The notes: generated by a model not told the origin, from the sequence alone. Counted from the stretch's first letter, positions 38,870 through 52,560 are shown. The stretch is 64,000 nt of DNA from Vicugna vicugna (GCA_013265495.1 MU058252.1:1026244-1090243); one strand, 5' to 3'. Program-made: numbers and translations.

Positions 38870-39815
38870 CAGCCACTGTGGAAAACACTATGGAGATTCC
38901 TCAAAAAATTAAAAATAGAACCACCATACAATCCAGCAAATCTGCTCCTGGGTATTTTTCCAAAGAAAACAAAAAAAGTCAATTCAGAAAGATTTATGCA
39001 CCCGTATGTTCGTTGTAGCATTATTTACAATAGCCAGGATATGGGACACAATGTATGTGTCCACTGATAGTTAAATAGATAAAGAAGATGTGACATATAT
39101 ATTTATATACATACAATGAAATAGTATTCAGCCTTTAAAAAAGAAGGAAATTTTGCTCTTTGTGACAACATGGATGGACCTAGAGGGTATTATGCTAAGT
39201 GAAATAAGTCAGAGAAAGATCTCACTTATATGTGGCATCTAAAAAACCAAACAAACACAAAATAGAAACAGACTCTCATAGATACATAAAACAAACTGAT
39301 AGTTGCCAGAGGGGATGGGGTGGGGGGTGCATGAAATAGGTAAGGAGATTTAGAGGCACAAACTTCCAGTTAGAAAAGAAGTCATGGGGATGTGATATAC
39401 AGAATAGAAAATACAGTCAGTTATACTGAATTGAATTGGGAAAAAATGTTTAGTTTCTACTACTCAGGCATTGCAAAATAGGAAAAGATTGACGTGAAAA
39501 ATCCCCTTCTCTTCCTCTGTGTACATAGTCCAAATCTTTCTTTGTTAACATTTAAACTATGTCTATGTATGTCAGTCTGTTTTGGACTCCGCTAGTGTTA
39601 CAGGTGGAAATAAACCATTAATTTGAACCAGGAAAAAAAAAAGAAAAAAATATAGTCAGTAATGTAATAACTTAAGATGGTGACAGATGGTAACTGGTCT
39701 TACTGTGGTGATCATTTTATAGTGTATAAAAATAGTGAATCACTATGTTGTACACCTGAAACTAATATAATATTGTAAGTCAATTATAATTCAGTAAAAA
39801 AGAAGATAATAATAA
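38870..39815 (+). mobile_element. L1 3' end, split by an insertion at 39422-39646
   Basis: QPLWKTLWRFLKKLKIEPPYNPA ORF2 C-terminus followed by 3'UTR. Confidence 0.85.
39422..39646 (+). pseudogene. 5'-truncated retrocopy (3'UTR-like fragment plus poly(A)) of an unidentified transcript
   Basis: AATAAA 39609-39614; poly(A) from 39633; TSD AAAATACAGTCAGT (39408-39421) and AAAATATAGTCAGT (39647-39660). Confidence 0.65.
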
Positions 39816-41609
39816 TAATGACAGTGTCTAATGAAACTATCCATTTAAACTGTTTAGATGTCTTCTTCCTCTCCTCCTTCACAGTAAACATTTGTTTCCC
39901 AGGATGTGCTCTGCTCACATATTACACTCTTAAGATTTCACATTGCACAGAATCTAAACAATGTCCTGTAACTTCTTTTGAAGCACAAATGCACTTTAAA
40001 AAATTATACAAACAATTATTTGTTACTTGTTAACGCTAGATACTGTATTAAACATATAGGATTTGAAAAGATGGAAGTGATCCTGTCCTCAGGGGGTTTG
40101 CTTACAGTAAGTGTAGCAGTGCTTATACTACAGGCAAATTGCTCATTGGGATGGCTCCAGCTGTGTATCTAGGAAGGATCCTTCTCATTAACTGTGTCTC
40201 CAAAGTCTGAGTGTTGACATCTGATTTTCCAACCATAACATTCAGTCTTTCCAGGTCACTCTCCGGTAACATGACTCCAACAATCATTGAACCCCACCTT
40301 TGGCCCATCCACGTTTTTTCATCCTGCCTCATTCTTCCACATCCTCCCATTTCTCCTTGTCTGTCTTAAATCTGTGGTCTGTCATTCTAATCAGCATATT
40401 GCACGTACCTTTCCCCGTTCTTCTTTGGTACGTCCCTGGCTAAAGCCTGACTCTCAGCTTACTAAAGGCACCTGTTCCCAAGCAGCTACCAGACCACGAC
40501 TAGAGGAAAGCATGAAACCATCTCTCTAGTCTCACAGAAAATTCATGTACACAGGTGGTTAGCCTTTTATTCATTTAACTTTTGCAAAGTGTGTTACTTT
40601 GATACCTAACTGCTGAAGTTTTAGTTTTCTTAACTATTCAAGTTTATGATTGAAAGCATTTGGTCACTAGCTATTTTCTTTATTAACTAACCTTTAATGT
40701 TTGCTTTGACCTTCATTTTAAAAGCTTTCAGCCTTGGAAATTGAAGCCATGAGTGTATAGAAGGGATAGCAAAGAGTACGAAGCAAAAAGCCTTTATTGT
40801 ATAGGTGCTGGATTCATTACTTGTTAGCATAGATTAGATTAAATTTTCAGCTTTTGATTTTTGTTTGGATGTTTTAATTTCTTTCCTTAAGCAGTTAAGG
40901 AACTGTTATTTTATTGTATTACAGACACCTGATTAAGTTTCCACTTCTTTATAGTTGGGTGTTAACTTTTTGACCTGTCTAAAAGACTTCTGAAGTCTTT
41001 TGCTTCTGAAGATTTGTGATTAATTATTTAAAAGAAAATGACCTAACTTTGTAAATTCCTCTCATTTCTATAGGTTCTTTAATTTAGTATGATGATTCAC
41101 TACATTAAAATTTTTCTCCAAAAATTATCATAATATAGCTTGAAAAAATAATATTTCTCTGATGGGATTGTTGAGAATTACTACATTTTATGGTTCAGAA
41201 CAAAGACTGTTGATGTTGAGCTGTTGTGAAGAGGATGAGTGTGGGGTGTTCTGTGAAGAATCTGGACAGCGTTAGCCAGATCCTATGGGTGAGACTTTTA
41301 GGAAAGACGTTTTTCATTTTGCCATTAGGTGCTGACAGCCAAGAGGTAGCCTAAAATCATGCAGCAAACAAAATGGAAAGTAGCCTCCTGTTTTTATCAC
41401 AGTGACCTTTTAGTTAATTTATGAAACTGGAAAATGAGAGCCTGCTGTTTTTTAATACCTAGTTTTCATACTGTTGTTGAAATAAGGTAATCATGCTCTC
41501 CATGCATAGTATTAAGGTGTTGCTTGACTCATACAGGATAATGATACCTTTGTTTCGAAATCCCAGCATTTTGCAAGCATATTGATAACCATATTACAGT
41601 AATTTTTTC

Positions 41610-42095
41610 ATTAATTTCAACAAATATTTATTAAATGTTTGCTTTGTGCCAGGTTTTGTTATAATCTCAGGGGATACTTCAGGAGGTAGACAGAAAGCTC
41701 CTGCTCTGATGAAGCTTACATTCTAGCAGGGGGAGATAGATAAATAATAAGCATAATGAATAAGGAATTATGTAATAAAAGTGGTAAATTACATGGAGTA
41801 GGGAAGATTGGAAGTGCTAGTCTTCGGTGGTTGAGCTGCAGTTTTAAATACAATAGTCTAGATAGAGCTTTATTGAGAAGGTCATATTTGAGCAAAGATT
41901 CAATAGAGGTGAAGTTAGCTGGGATGAAAAGTATTCTAGGCAGAGGGGAGAACCGATGCATAATCCCTAAGTGGGAGTGCGATTGACATACTTAGTGACC
42001 CAGAAGGAGGCCTGTGTCTAGGATAGAATGAATGAGGAGGGAAGTAGTGGGAAATACAGTCAGACCATCAGATAGGGGCTTGTAGGTCATTATAG
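41610..42095. mobile_element. L2 3' fragment
   Basis: ttcaacaaatatttattaaatg...tgtgccagg. Confidence 0.6.
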
Positions 42096-42729
42096 GAAAC
42101 AAATGATCACAAATACCTTTCCATATCATATTTTAAATTTAGACCTAATGAGAAAGAGGAAAAAGTTAACATTCATTGAATTTATACTCTATTCTTTCAT
42201 TCTGTAGATATTTTCGCACATCTTCTATGTGCCATTTATTGTGCTAGGTGAAGGGAATATAGTGAACAAACAAACAAGAAAAAGTAGTCACAGTTTTTAT
42301 GGAGATTATCTTGGTCTAGTGTGAATCATAGTGTTTGTTAATTGTTGTACCTGATGACATATATTATCTCTTATAATTCTTCATACTTCATTTAATTCCA
42401 AGTATCCAGTAAAATAGAGAGTTGTTAACTTGGAATCTGGTTGATGAAAATGAGAATAAGAAAATTTGGTAATTTTTCTAAAGTTGCATAACAAGTATGA
42501 CAAAATGGGATTAGAATTTAATCTTGTCTTTTTGTTACACTGTTGTTTGGTTCCCAAATCTGGTCATGCATCCTAGCTAACTAGGAAGCTTATTAAAAGC
42601 TATAGATTCCTTAACATTACCTCTGCAAATTCTGGTTTACCATATTTGGCACAGAGCCCCAGGAATCTATATTTTTAATAAGCATTCTAGAGTTTCCTGT
42701 AGTTTGGCACTGCTGCTGTCAATATTATA

Positions 42730-43825
42730 TTTATGGTGGTGATGTGGGCATCCTTATCTTGTTTCTATTTTTAAAGAAAATGATTGTCATCATTTCACCA
42801 TTGAGTATCATTTTTGCTGTAAGGTATTTGGAGGTGTTCTTGGTCAGGTTAAGGATTTCCTAATTCCTAGTTTGCTAAGAATTGAGTGTTGAAGTTTAGT
42901 AATCTCTACAAACTCAACTGACCAAATTATGTGCATTTTTCCCTTCATTTTTTAAGGTAGTAGATAATGATAATAGGTTTTCAAATATTGAGCCAGCCTT
43001 GTAAAAAATGTATTCATTTTTTAGAATGTTATTGATTCCAGTTTTAATGTTTTCTTTAAGATTTTTGTAATCTGAAATTGTGTTTAATGTCCTTTCTTAT
43101 ACTGTCCTTGTTTTGTTACCAGAATAATAGCCTCAGAAAGTGAGTAGAGAACTTTTCCTCTTTTCCTGTTCTTTGGAGGTTGTTACATAAGACTGTATTC
43201 ATCTGCTCCACATGTTTGCTAGAACTCTCTTTTTAGTCTAGCAGTGTTTCTGCAATGGTTTCATACTCAAAAGAACTATTACAGCCATCCAGATTTCCTG
43301 ATTTTCCAGTCTGTTGTGCGTTTATACTTTTCGAAGAATTTATCCATTTCACCAGAATTTATGAACAGTACTTTTATTTTTAATCTACATTTGTATTTAT
43401 GCCCTCTTTCATTTTCTATGTTACTTTTTCTGCTTTCTCTCTATTTTCTTGATTAGTCTTGCCAGTGCTTTGTTAATTTTATTGATCTTTTAAACAATCA
43501 ATTTTTGGCTTTGTTACCTAGTTTCCTTTTCATTTTCTGTGAATTCCTTATATAACTTCTTTTGTTTCCTTTTATTTTTGTTGGGCCTGTTCTATTTTTC
43601 AAAATTCATTGTTTTGTGGTCTGTATTTTCCAACATTAGCATCCCAGGCTATAAATTTGGCTTTTGCTGTATCCCACAGATTATGAAGAATAGTATTTTT
43701 ACTGTTTTGTTCTAGATAGTTTCTAATTTTCATTTAGACATTTTCGAAGTTTGCTAGTTACCTTTTTGTCATTGATTAGTTTTTAAACTTAGTTGCCTTG
43801 TGGTCAAAGCATGTGGTCTATAGGA
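42730..43825 (-). mobile_element. Old L1 ORF2 fragment
   Basis: gggcatccttatcttgtttc...ttcctagtttgctaaga motifs. Confidence 0.6.
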
Positions 43826-45959
43826 TGCAAACTCTGACCCCACTAGGCACACTTCTTGAAGACTTGCTTTTGCTCTGCCCTCATGGGTAGCTCTTCCTCA
43901 GATATTTGCAGCGCTTACTGCTTTATGCCAAGGGATGGCTGCTAGTATAGGTAAGAACAGCACAGCTGGGGAGTTAAGATTCTGTCAGAGTGAGTTTCTA
44001 ATTTAATGTTTAAGAGATTCATTGATCTGTTCTGGATGATGATGAGATCAAGGGTGGGGCAGGGTCACTTAGGTAGAATGTAGGGGAAGGTTACGAATCA
44101 AGGCATTTTGAGCTGTGGTTTTGAAGGATTCTCGACATCGCCCAACATGCTGGTGGGATTTGGGATAAAGAAAAGGATGCAGACCACATGTCAGAGTGTC
44201 TCCCATTGTCTAGAGCTGCTTGACGTAACAGGCCTTGATTGGTGCCCTCTGGCTCCTTGTGTTTGGAGAAGGGATTAGCTGGCTTTCCCTCTTGGCCGCT
44301 TTTGCGTGGCTCCCTTCTGGGTTCAGGGTCCAGGAGGCTAAGGTGTAAGTGGGAAGGCCTGGAGTGGCTTGAGGAAAACAATCTAAATATAAATCTCCTT
44401 ATACAGTTGAAGAAAGGATTGGCTCCTTGGATGCACACTTCTTTATGGAATCAGAGCAGCCTGTGCAGTTAGTCTTGAACTTCAGAGTTTCATGGCCTTT
44501 TGAGGAATTAGTCCTTTAATTTTTGATGATATTTGTTGCTTGCTTTTTACCTATGCCTAAGCAAATGTTTTAGGAAGTTACAGTGATTGTTTTAGTTGAA
44601 ACCTAATGTTTCACCTAAATGTTTCTACCCTATTCTCAACATTTTTGTTGCAGGGTTGCAAATTTGCACCTTTTTTGTCTTTTCATTTGTCCTGATGGCT
44701 CCATTCACCTTGCTTAGAGAACATTTTCTTCCGCTTCTAAATAAAGTGGTTGTTTCTCTGTGCATGTCTTTAATTTAAAAAGTGCTGACAGCTGACATGA
44801 CCACGTTGTCATTGGTACTGACTTGCCTTTTGTGCTGTAGTCATTTCCTTTGGTATTACAGTATTGGGAGTTTTGTTTGTTTGGGTGGTTGTTTTCCTTT
44901 GTTTTTTAAGCTTTTGAATTGACATGTAGTGAAATAACTAACAGTTCTTGGTTGGCAGATAGTTAGGAAATTGAGCTGTTTACTGTCTTCTGGGCATATG
45001 GCGTAACATTGTACAAAACAGCTAAATGTTGGAGCCTACTGATGCTGATTTGCTTTGTCCTGATTTGGGGAGCATGATAATAGTTTTTATATTATTTCAT
45101 ACTGTAGAAATAAAGAAGTAGTGTGTAAGTAGTATTGCTTTGTAGATTTCTTCTTTGTGTACATTACTTAAATAAGGTTTCTCTGCCCTAATGTTCAGTG
45201 AAGTATTTCAGATGTGCTTTGGGCTCTTTACAAATAATTCCTCTGGAAGTTGTGAGAGGCCTCCATGAAAACTAGATATTACCAGAAAGCTTATGGAAAA
45301 AATGCTGTTCAATCCCATATTGTTTATAAGACATAAGGAGAGGGAACATAGGATTATTTGAACTCTTTCAGTTTAAATTTGAAATGTAACTCTTGAATCT
45401 AGAGTGGGTAGTAAGGCAAGTTTAATCTTTGGAAAGTAAAATTGTTTTTTCAGGTTGCTGGTTTTTAATAACAAATTTTAATATCCTTGGATTAAAAGAT
45501 ACAGTCTTGTAGTTTTACAGTTAGATGGAACCTTAGAGGTACTGTCATGACATGTGTGGTACTTGTATTTTCATCAAGAAAAGTTAGAACCTAAAAAAAT
45601 TATCAAACTGAAAACAATCCAGAACAGAGGTGAAGTATCCATTAACATGAGCAAATGAATAAGTCAGCTATTTTGCTGCCGTTTTGTTTTCTGAACACTA
45701 ACACATTAGCCTGTGGTTTTAACCGTTGAATCCTTTTATTTTTTTCATTCAGTGCTATCCATGTATCTTCTTATGCTTGACTCTTGGTTAACGGTATGCA
45801 CAGGGGTCCTAAGTAAATAGTTTAAAGTGCTACTTGATGGTGTGGACAACAGTGAATACAAACTTGGTAGTTGATTTATAAGTGTATTGAAGTGTCTAAC
45901 ATATCTGTCCTTCTCTTTTAGGAAACTGAAAATGGCCCTTCAGCTATGCTAGGTCTATA

Positions 45960-46254
45960 ATGGGAAGTGTCACAGTTCGGTATTTCTGTTATGGATGCCT
46001 TTTTACGTCTGCAACCTGGACAGTTTTGCTTTTTGTTTATTTCAACTTCAGTGAAGTGACTCAGCCACTTAAGAATGTGCCCATCAAGGGGTCTGGGCCC
46101 CACGGGCCATTCCCCAAAAAATTTTATCCCCGTTTCACTCGAAGTCCAAGTCAAGTATTAGAATCACAATTCAAAGCAAACAAAATTGATGATGTGGTAG
46201 ATAATCATATTGAAGATCCAGAAAAAGGCAACATGAAATTCTCTTCTGAATTGG
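45960..46254 (+). CDS. GALNT11: GALNT11 exon 2 coding part (exon begins 45922): N-terminal tail, TM anchor, stem
   Basis: [33 protein letters not shown] is the GALNT11 N-terminus; Kozak ATAATGG; acceptor ctcttttAG at 45921; donor G|GTAAGT. Confidence 0.96.
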
Positions 46255-47389
46255 GTAAGTGTATTTGATTTTTGCTAGCAGCATTTCAAAGTATTTAATC
46301 ATTGGAAGCTTAAGTTTAATTGTTTTTTAAATCATGTATTGCTCGGAGGATTAAAAATGTGACTTTTTTCCCACACCAATTTATTTTGTTCATGGGCTAG
46401 CTGTGGTCCTCTGATTTTTGCAGACTCAGTTGGGAGTTGTATTCTATTTTGTCCAGTTCTGACTTCAATATTTTATGAAGACTTGGGAGAAACTCATAAG
46501 GTCCAGAATAGAAAAAAAAATAATGAAAAATTAAGTGGCTGGAAAAAAAAATGGAACCTATGGGGGAAGATTTTAATTGCTAGTATTATTTAATAAGGGA
46601 AAGAATGGTTGAAAGATGACTATATTTAATATATTCTGAAAGGCAGAGTTAATTAAAACAGAACACAAATTATTGGGTTTAGAAATAAGTTGAGATTACT
46701 TATATCTAATAAGGTTTCTACTTATAAGAATTATTAAGGTGCTGGACTATATGTATTAAATATGGTTTATAAAACAGAAACATTTATTCTTCAAAAATTG
46801 TATTTTGTTGAATTTCAAAGCAAGAATCTTCAAATGCTATAGTTGTAGAGTCCTGATTTCAGCAATTTTAAGAGGTAAATGAGCCATGTTGGTTATCTTT
46901 AAAACTTAAAAAAAATTTGATCCTCATTGAAATATCAAGTAGTAAGTAATTTAGGAGTAAAAGCCTATAGTAAGAGATTTTGAGAGATTGAAAGATCCAC
47001 AGACTATAAAGGAAATGTTAAAACAGATTTTTTTTTCATTTCATCATAGTTTCAAAGAAATAAAATCAATTTCTAGGACTTAATCATTTTCTAATACATG
47101 AGGTCAAAAGTACTTATAATTATATGAGGAAATGAGAGCTAGTACTTCCTTTAGTTTTTGTAAAAAAAAATACCATCTAATATTTTTCAAACAGCCATTT
47201 GGACATTTTAAGAAACATTAATGGCAAAATTTCTAGATTTTTGTCCAATTATTTTGATAAAACTTTTATAAAGAAGTAACATTGGGTTTACCATTTTGAA
47301 TGGACTTTGTGTTTGCCTTTGAAAGAAGCCTTAAGAGAATTATAGGTATTTGAAGTGCCAAACATTAATGGCCAACAGAAAAACTAAAT

Positions 47390-48245
47390 TCTTTATAAAA
47401 AGATCCTAAAGAATATGCAAAAAATGATTATAGCTAATAAATTAATTCATCAAAGTTGCAGGGAATCAACACAAAAACCAGTTGTCTTTCTGTACACTAA
47501 CAGTGAACAGTTTGAAAATAAAATTGGAAGAACAATTCCATTTACAGTGGCATCAGAAAGAATAAAATACATAGGAATAAATTTAGCCAAGGAGGTGTCA
47601 GATTTGGACACTGTGAAAACTATAAAACACTATTGAAAGAAATAAAAGTAGACTTAAATAAATGAAAAATATGTCCTAGGTTCATGGATTGGAATGCTAA
47701 ATACTATTAAGATGTCAGTGACACCCAAAGCAATCCATGGATTGAATGTAAACCTTATCAGAATCCCAGTGGCCTTTGTTGAAAAGATGGAAAAGCTAAT
47801 TCTAAAATTAATACGGAGTTCCAAGGGGCTCTGAATTGCCTAAACAAACTTGAAAAATAGCAGAGTTGGAGGACTTTTATTTCAGAACTTCCTATGGATC
47901 TGCAGTATTCAAAACAATGTGGTACTGGCATAAGAACAGGTATGCAGATCAGAGGATAGTCTGAGAGTCCAAAAATAAACCTGTGACATCTGTGGTCAGG
48001 TAACATCTATGGGCAAGTAACGTTTGTGGTCATTTGATTTTTGTAAAGGGGGCCAAGAGCAGTTAATGTGGAAAGAATGGTCTTTTCAACAAATGGTGTT
48101 GGGATAGCTGGATACCCACATGCAGAGAAATGAAGTTGAACCCTTCCCTCATATCATATATTAAAATTAACTCAGAATGGATCAAAGACCTATATGTAAG
48201 AGCTAAAACCCTAAAACCCTTAGAAGAAATCATAGGAATAAATCA
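47390..48245 (+). mobile_element. L1 ORF2 fragment
   Basis: IPFTVASERIKYIGINLAKEV and [21 protein letters not shown] peptides. Confidence 0.85.
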
Positions 48246-48723
48246 AATAATAAACTGGGGAGACACTGTATTCTGTATCCCATCCCCTCACACCCCAGCA
48301 TTATTAAAGGGTCGGAGTTACCCTATCATTTAAAAAACCCTACTCGACTTTTAAAAGCCAGTGTTCCTGTGAATTGTTTGACCATGAAATCTTTTTTTTT
48401 CTTTTTGACATCTGTTAATGTCCAGTGGAATTAGTTTTCCATGACTTTGGGAAATGCTGTTACAAGGGAGTCATTCTGTGAGGAGAGGCTATAAAGTTCT
48501 AGTACGGGAAAGAGAGAGCAAAAGGAGATTTTACTGTTCTAGATAAAGGTGAGGTTTCTGATGATACTAGAGCAAGGATGTTAAATTACAGTGATTTTGA
48601 TTAGCTCTGTGGAAGACTTTCTTGACTGAAGCTGATTAAAGTCTGGAACAAGAGACTTTTTATAGAAAGGTTTACCAATATTCTAATTTTTTAGGGGAGG
48701 AGTTTATATAAAAACCTGCCTTT

Positions 48724-48900
48724 ATAAATAGCAAGGTCCTACTGTATAGCACAGAGAACTATATTCAATACCTTGTAATGGCCTATTGAAAAAGAATATG
48801 AAAAGGAATATATATATGTAACTGAATCACTATGCTGTACACCAGAAATCAACACAACATTGTAAACCAACTATATACTTCAGTAAAAACAAAGCAAAAA
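48724..48900 (+). mobile_element. L1 3' end
   Basis: gcaaggtcctactgtatagcacagagaac; imperfect TSD aaaacc(t)tgccttta. Confidence 0.8.
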
Positions 48901-49987
48901 ACCTTGCCTTTAATTGGGGCCTATTGTTCATATGTGTTCTATAATCTATTGCTTTCGTGGAAAAAAATCATTGTCTCTTTTTTCTTGATCATAGTTAAAT
49001 TTTTCTCCTGAAAATATTCTTAAGATTATGGCTAGTGAGCAGGTGTCATTTATGGCTAAGGCACACTTGCTTTTTGAGCTAGACTGATAAAAATTTGACT
49101 TTAACCTCAGTTTACTTTTTTTTGACAAACTAGATTTGAGAAACATGGCTAATTGGTTATAAGAAGTTAAAAGTCAAGATTTTTTTTTTTAATGGAAACA
49201 GAAAGGAGTTTATTAGGGCACACTGCTACAGACAACATCTGGCCACATAGGCGAGAGGTACCTGCATGAGCACTGAGGGCCTGCTGTTGCAGGGGCCGGC
49301 TGTTGGGGTGTTTTATAAGTTCGGGCCACTAGGTTCCTGATTGGCTTGTGCACAAATCTCTGATTGTTTGTAGGTGACAAGTTTAGGGTCTGCAAAGGGC
49401 GATGGGATTTGACTCTGATAAGGTAGACATTACCTGGGGCTATCAGTTTGTTAGGGGAAACACGCCCAGTAAAGAATGTACTTTATTTGAGAGCCCAGAA
49501 ATGGGGGTCATTGGACTTTGAAGGATGTCAGTTGGTCCAACATTCCCCCTGACAGATTGGCAGTGACAAGTCTTTGGGACAGGGGCGAAGGTCTCTTCCA
49601 TATCTACTTCCTGCCTGCGTGCTAATTTGTCCAGGGTTATGGGGCCCAGACATCCCTGCAGCCTTAGAGGTGGGAGTGGAAGGAGACCCTGGCAGTGTCC
49701 AAGGGCTGCATCACGGGGATGTTGGCTTGGTTTGTGGCAGCAGTCTTGGTAGGTGGTGTGTATTTGTTCCTAAGATCACAGATCTTGGAGCTCAGAGACA
49801 ATTGTTTTTGTAAGAGAGGAATATAACACAAAAGTAGGCGGATACCAAGATAAATAGCTAAACCCAGTAAAAACAAAAAATTTGAGAATGTCTTAAAAGG
49901 ACCTTATGCCTTCATAGATCTAGGAAAAGGCATTGGAGAAAATGTCAGAGACCTGTTCAGTGACTACTTTCCTGTAAGCATTGACAT

Positions 49988-50093
49988 ACCTGACTCACTG
50001 GGGATAAAAGTACAGCACTCAGTCTGTATTACTGTGAACGGGCACCTTGGGTGGGATGTTAAGAGCCATGTGGTTTTGTAAGACAGCTTTCCT
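49988..50093 (-). pseudogene. env: env TM remnant (immunosuppressive domain and degenerate CX6CC)
   Basis: Minus-strand RKAVLQNHMALNI (50055-50093) and FTVIQTECCTFIP. Confidence 0.8.
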
Positions 50094-51569
50094 TAATGGC
50101 CAAAGTAGATGTCACCATTAATGATCTTAGTGCTTTTCTAGATATGAGGAGATGCTAGGATTTGAGCTCATAGAATCTCCTGAAAATATATGACTGTCTG
50201 AAGGCCTGTTTTGCTAGTTTCCCCAGAGCAGAGTGCCTCATTCCTGATCTCCGCCCTGAGCTCAGTAGGGTGCCACTTCAGTGGCTTGCAACTTAATCCT
50301 CGTAGAGGCAGATGAAAGGTGTCCTCATGGTCATAAATTGGCGACCATGGCTTGGGAGGCATTTCATGACCATTTTGACCCATGGTGCTAGGAGTGCTCA
50401 TTCCTAGGTCAGGCGAGGATTTCATTGATAGACCACTCAATGTGCTGTTACTGGACTAGGCCTTATTAACAGCAGACCACCTGTCTTACTGGCCTGTTCC
50501 CAGGAAAATATCCCTCTTGTTGCTTCTTCCCATATCTAGAGTTACACCATTATATCACAAATCTCCTGTAGAACTGTATATCTGGTTACTTTAGAAGAAA
50601 ATTCATACTTATGGTCAAAATTAGAGCAGGTAATAATTGACCTGGTGAGGGACTCCCAGCTAGTATTATCAGTAGGGGCCTGAACAGACCCTTAGAGTGG
50701 AGAAAGTAACTCAGAAGTACTAGGTAGAGGGAGTTGACCATAAACCTAACAGTGGGATTAACTTAACTCTGTACAGGATCATGAAATACATTTAGATTAC
50801 TGAGCTTTAGAAACTAACTTAGAGTGGTTTGTAATAATTTAATTAAACCTTGTAAAAATCCCCAAGGGCAGGACAGCTTCTTGTTAGCTGTGCCTTGCCC
50901 TCTTTCTCAAAATTTGCATTTTAAGAAGATGGTGAGATAAGGGTTCCTGGAGAAGACCAGGTAGAATATTTGCATCTCAAAGGCAAGTTCCTCCTAGAAT
51001 GACTTTTCCTTCAGGATCAGGAAGGTTTTTTTGTTTGTTTGGTTTTTTTTTTTTAAGATACTTACAAGTCTCTTAAGATAAGTAGGGGAGGTTTTGGGAG
51101 TGGTAAAAGGTTTGGTGGGTTTTGGATTATTTCTGGAGCCACGCCTCTGGTCCTGTCACAATGAGCAATGGTGGTGGCCACATATCTGGCTTGCCTGTTT
51201 GTCTCTTTTCTTATCTCTTCTCTCCTAGGAGATTTTCTCTCAGGGTCAGAATTTTGAAAAAGTATCTAGTTTTTTCTAATTGCATATGCAAAAAGAACCA
51301 GTTTTTGAGTTTTCCCTACACCAGTTTTTTCTGGTGTCTAAATATTGTTTTAATACCATTTTTTTCTTAGTCATAGGCTAGTAACTAAAATCTTTCCAGT
51401 CAGACAGAATTTGCCCAAGAGGTCTCTGTGGTGGAACAGAACCAGAATTTGCCATTTCACAAGACAGAACACAATGTACAAAACACATACATGCATGGCC
51501 GCCACAGACTGACCAGTATGAATTCTCATCAGACAGTCCCTTCTAGAACCAGATCTGAGTTTTGAGAGA

Positions 51570-51805
51570 GAGCCGTAAAGCCTTGGACATAAGAGACCTC
51601 AGACCATTTGCCCAATTTGCGACAGAAAGAATCAAGCTGGAAGATGGTGATTATAGCTCAGAGTCCCATGAAGGGGCCAGGTCTCCTGATATGGAAGTTG
51701 GTATTAGGGCCAGGCAACATTACAGAAAAAGATAAGCTGCTTTTCTTTAACGTCTGGGAATTAAACTTAACCCAGTGTTTTAAAATGCAACCCAAAGGTG
51801 AGCCC
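51570..51805 (-). pseudogene. gag: gag matrix remnant, with frameshift and stop
   Basis: Minus-strand [57 protein letters not shown]; class I ERV matrix-like. Confidence 0.8.
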
Positions 51806-51905
51806 CAAGGAATAGAAGAAGCAAAGGGAAGGAAATCAGCGCAGACTCTGCTCTGGAGTATTGCCCAGAAAGAGAAAGTCTAAACCCCCGGCATCCTCTT
51901 ACTTT

Positions 51906-52560
51906 TGTCGCCGATAGGTGCAACTGGTGTTCCAGGTTCTTGTCCCGTCCCAGAAAGAATTCAGAGACAAGACTTAGAGGTTAAAAAGGTAAAGCTGAGG
52001 ATTTTATTAAAGGATGGATAGTACACTCTTAGGGGAGAGCGGGCAGGCTCAGGTGAGCAGCTGCCCTGAGTTTCTTTGGCAAGTTGGTTACTTAGGGTGT
52101 AAAAATGAATGGGCAGAATAATGGATAGGGAGGGAAGGGTTTAGGGTCGTATTCCCTGATTTTCATCCCAACTCCACCTTCCCAAAGGTAGGAGGGATTT
52201 TTGTCCTTATTTAGTCTGGATCGGAAGTGTCATGGCGTCGGGGCATGATGGGAGGGCATGATGTTCTGATCTGCAAGGCTAATTTTATTGAAATGAGGGC
52301 ATAATGAGTAAAAGGTTACATTCGGACACTGGAAATTCCTGCCTTTTCTGACCTTTCTTTGTTGGTCTCCAAGCCGAAAGATGTGGTCCCTTATCAGCCC
52401 AAAGATTCCAGCTTTTCTTTCTCTGCCCAAGGATCCCTCCTGCTCACATGATGTGTGGTTTCCTGCATTTGGCCTGTGCCCCTCCTTTCTGCCTAATCCC
52501 TGCCATTTGGTCTGTATCCCCCTTTCTCTGCTCATATCTAGCTATCTGCCTGCTCTAACA
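51906..52560 (-). mobile_element. Younger ERV1 solo LTR nested in the ERV leader
   Basis: TG...CA termini; TSD CTTT (51902-51905, 52561-52564); minus-strand AATAAA at 52003-52008. Confidence 0.82.

Noticed and set aside
49574..50100. Domesticated syncytin-like env
   Set aside because: Only a short TM remnant with frameshifts, a mutated first Cys of CX6CC and no SU.
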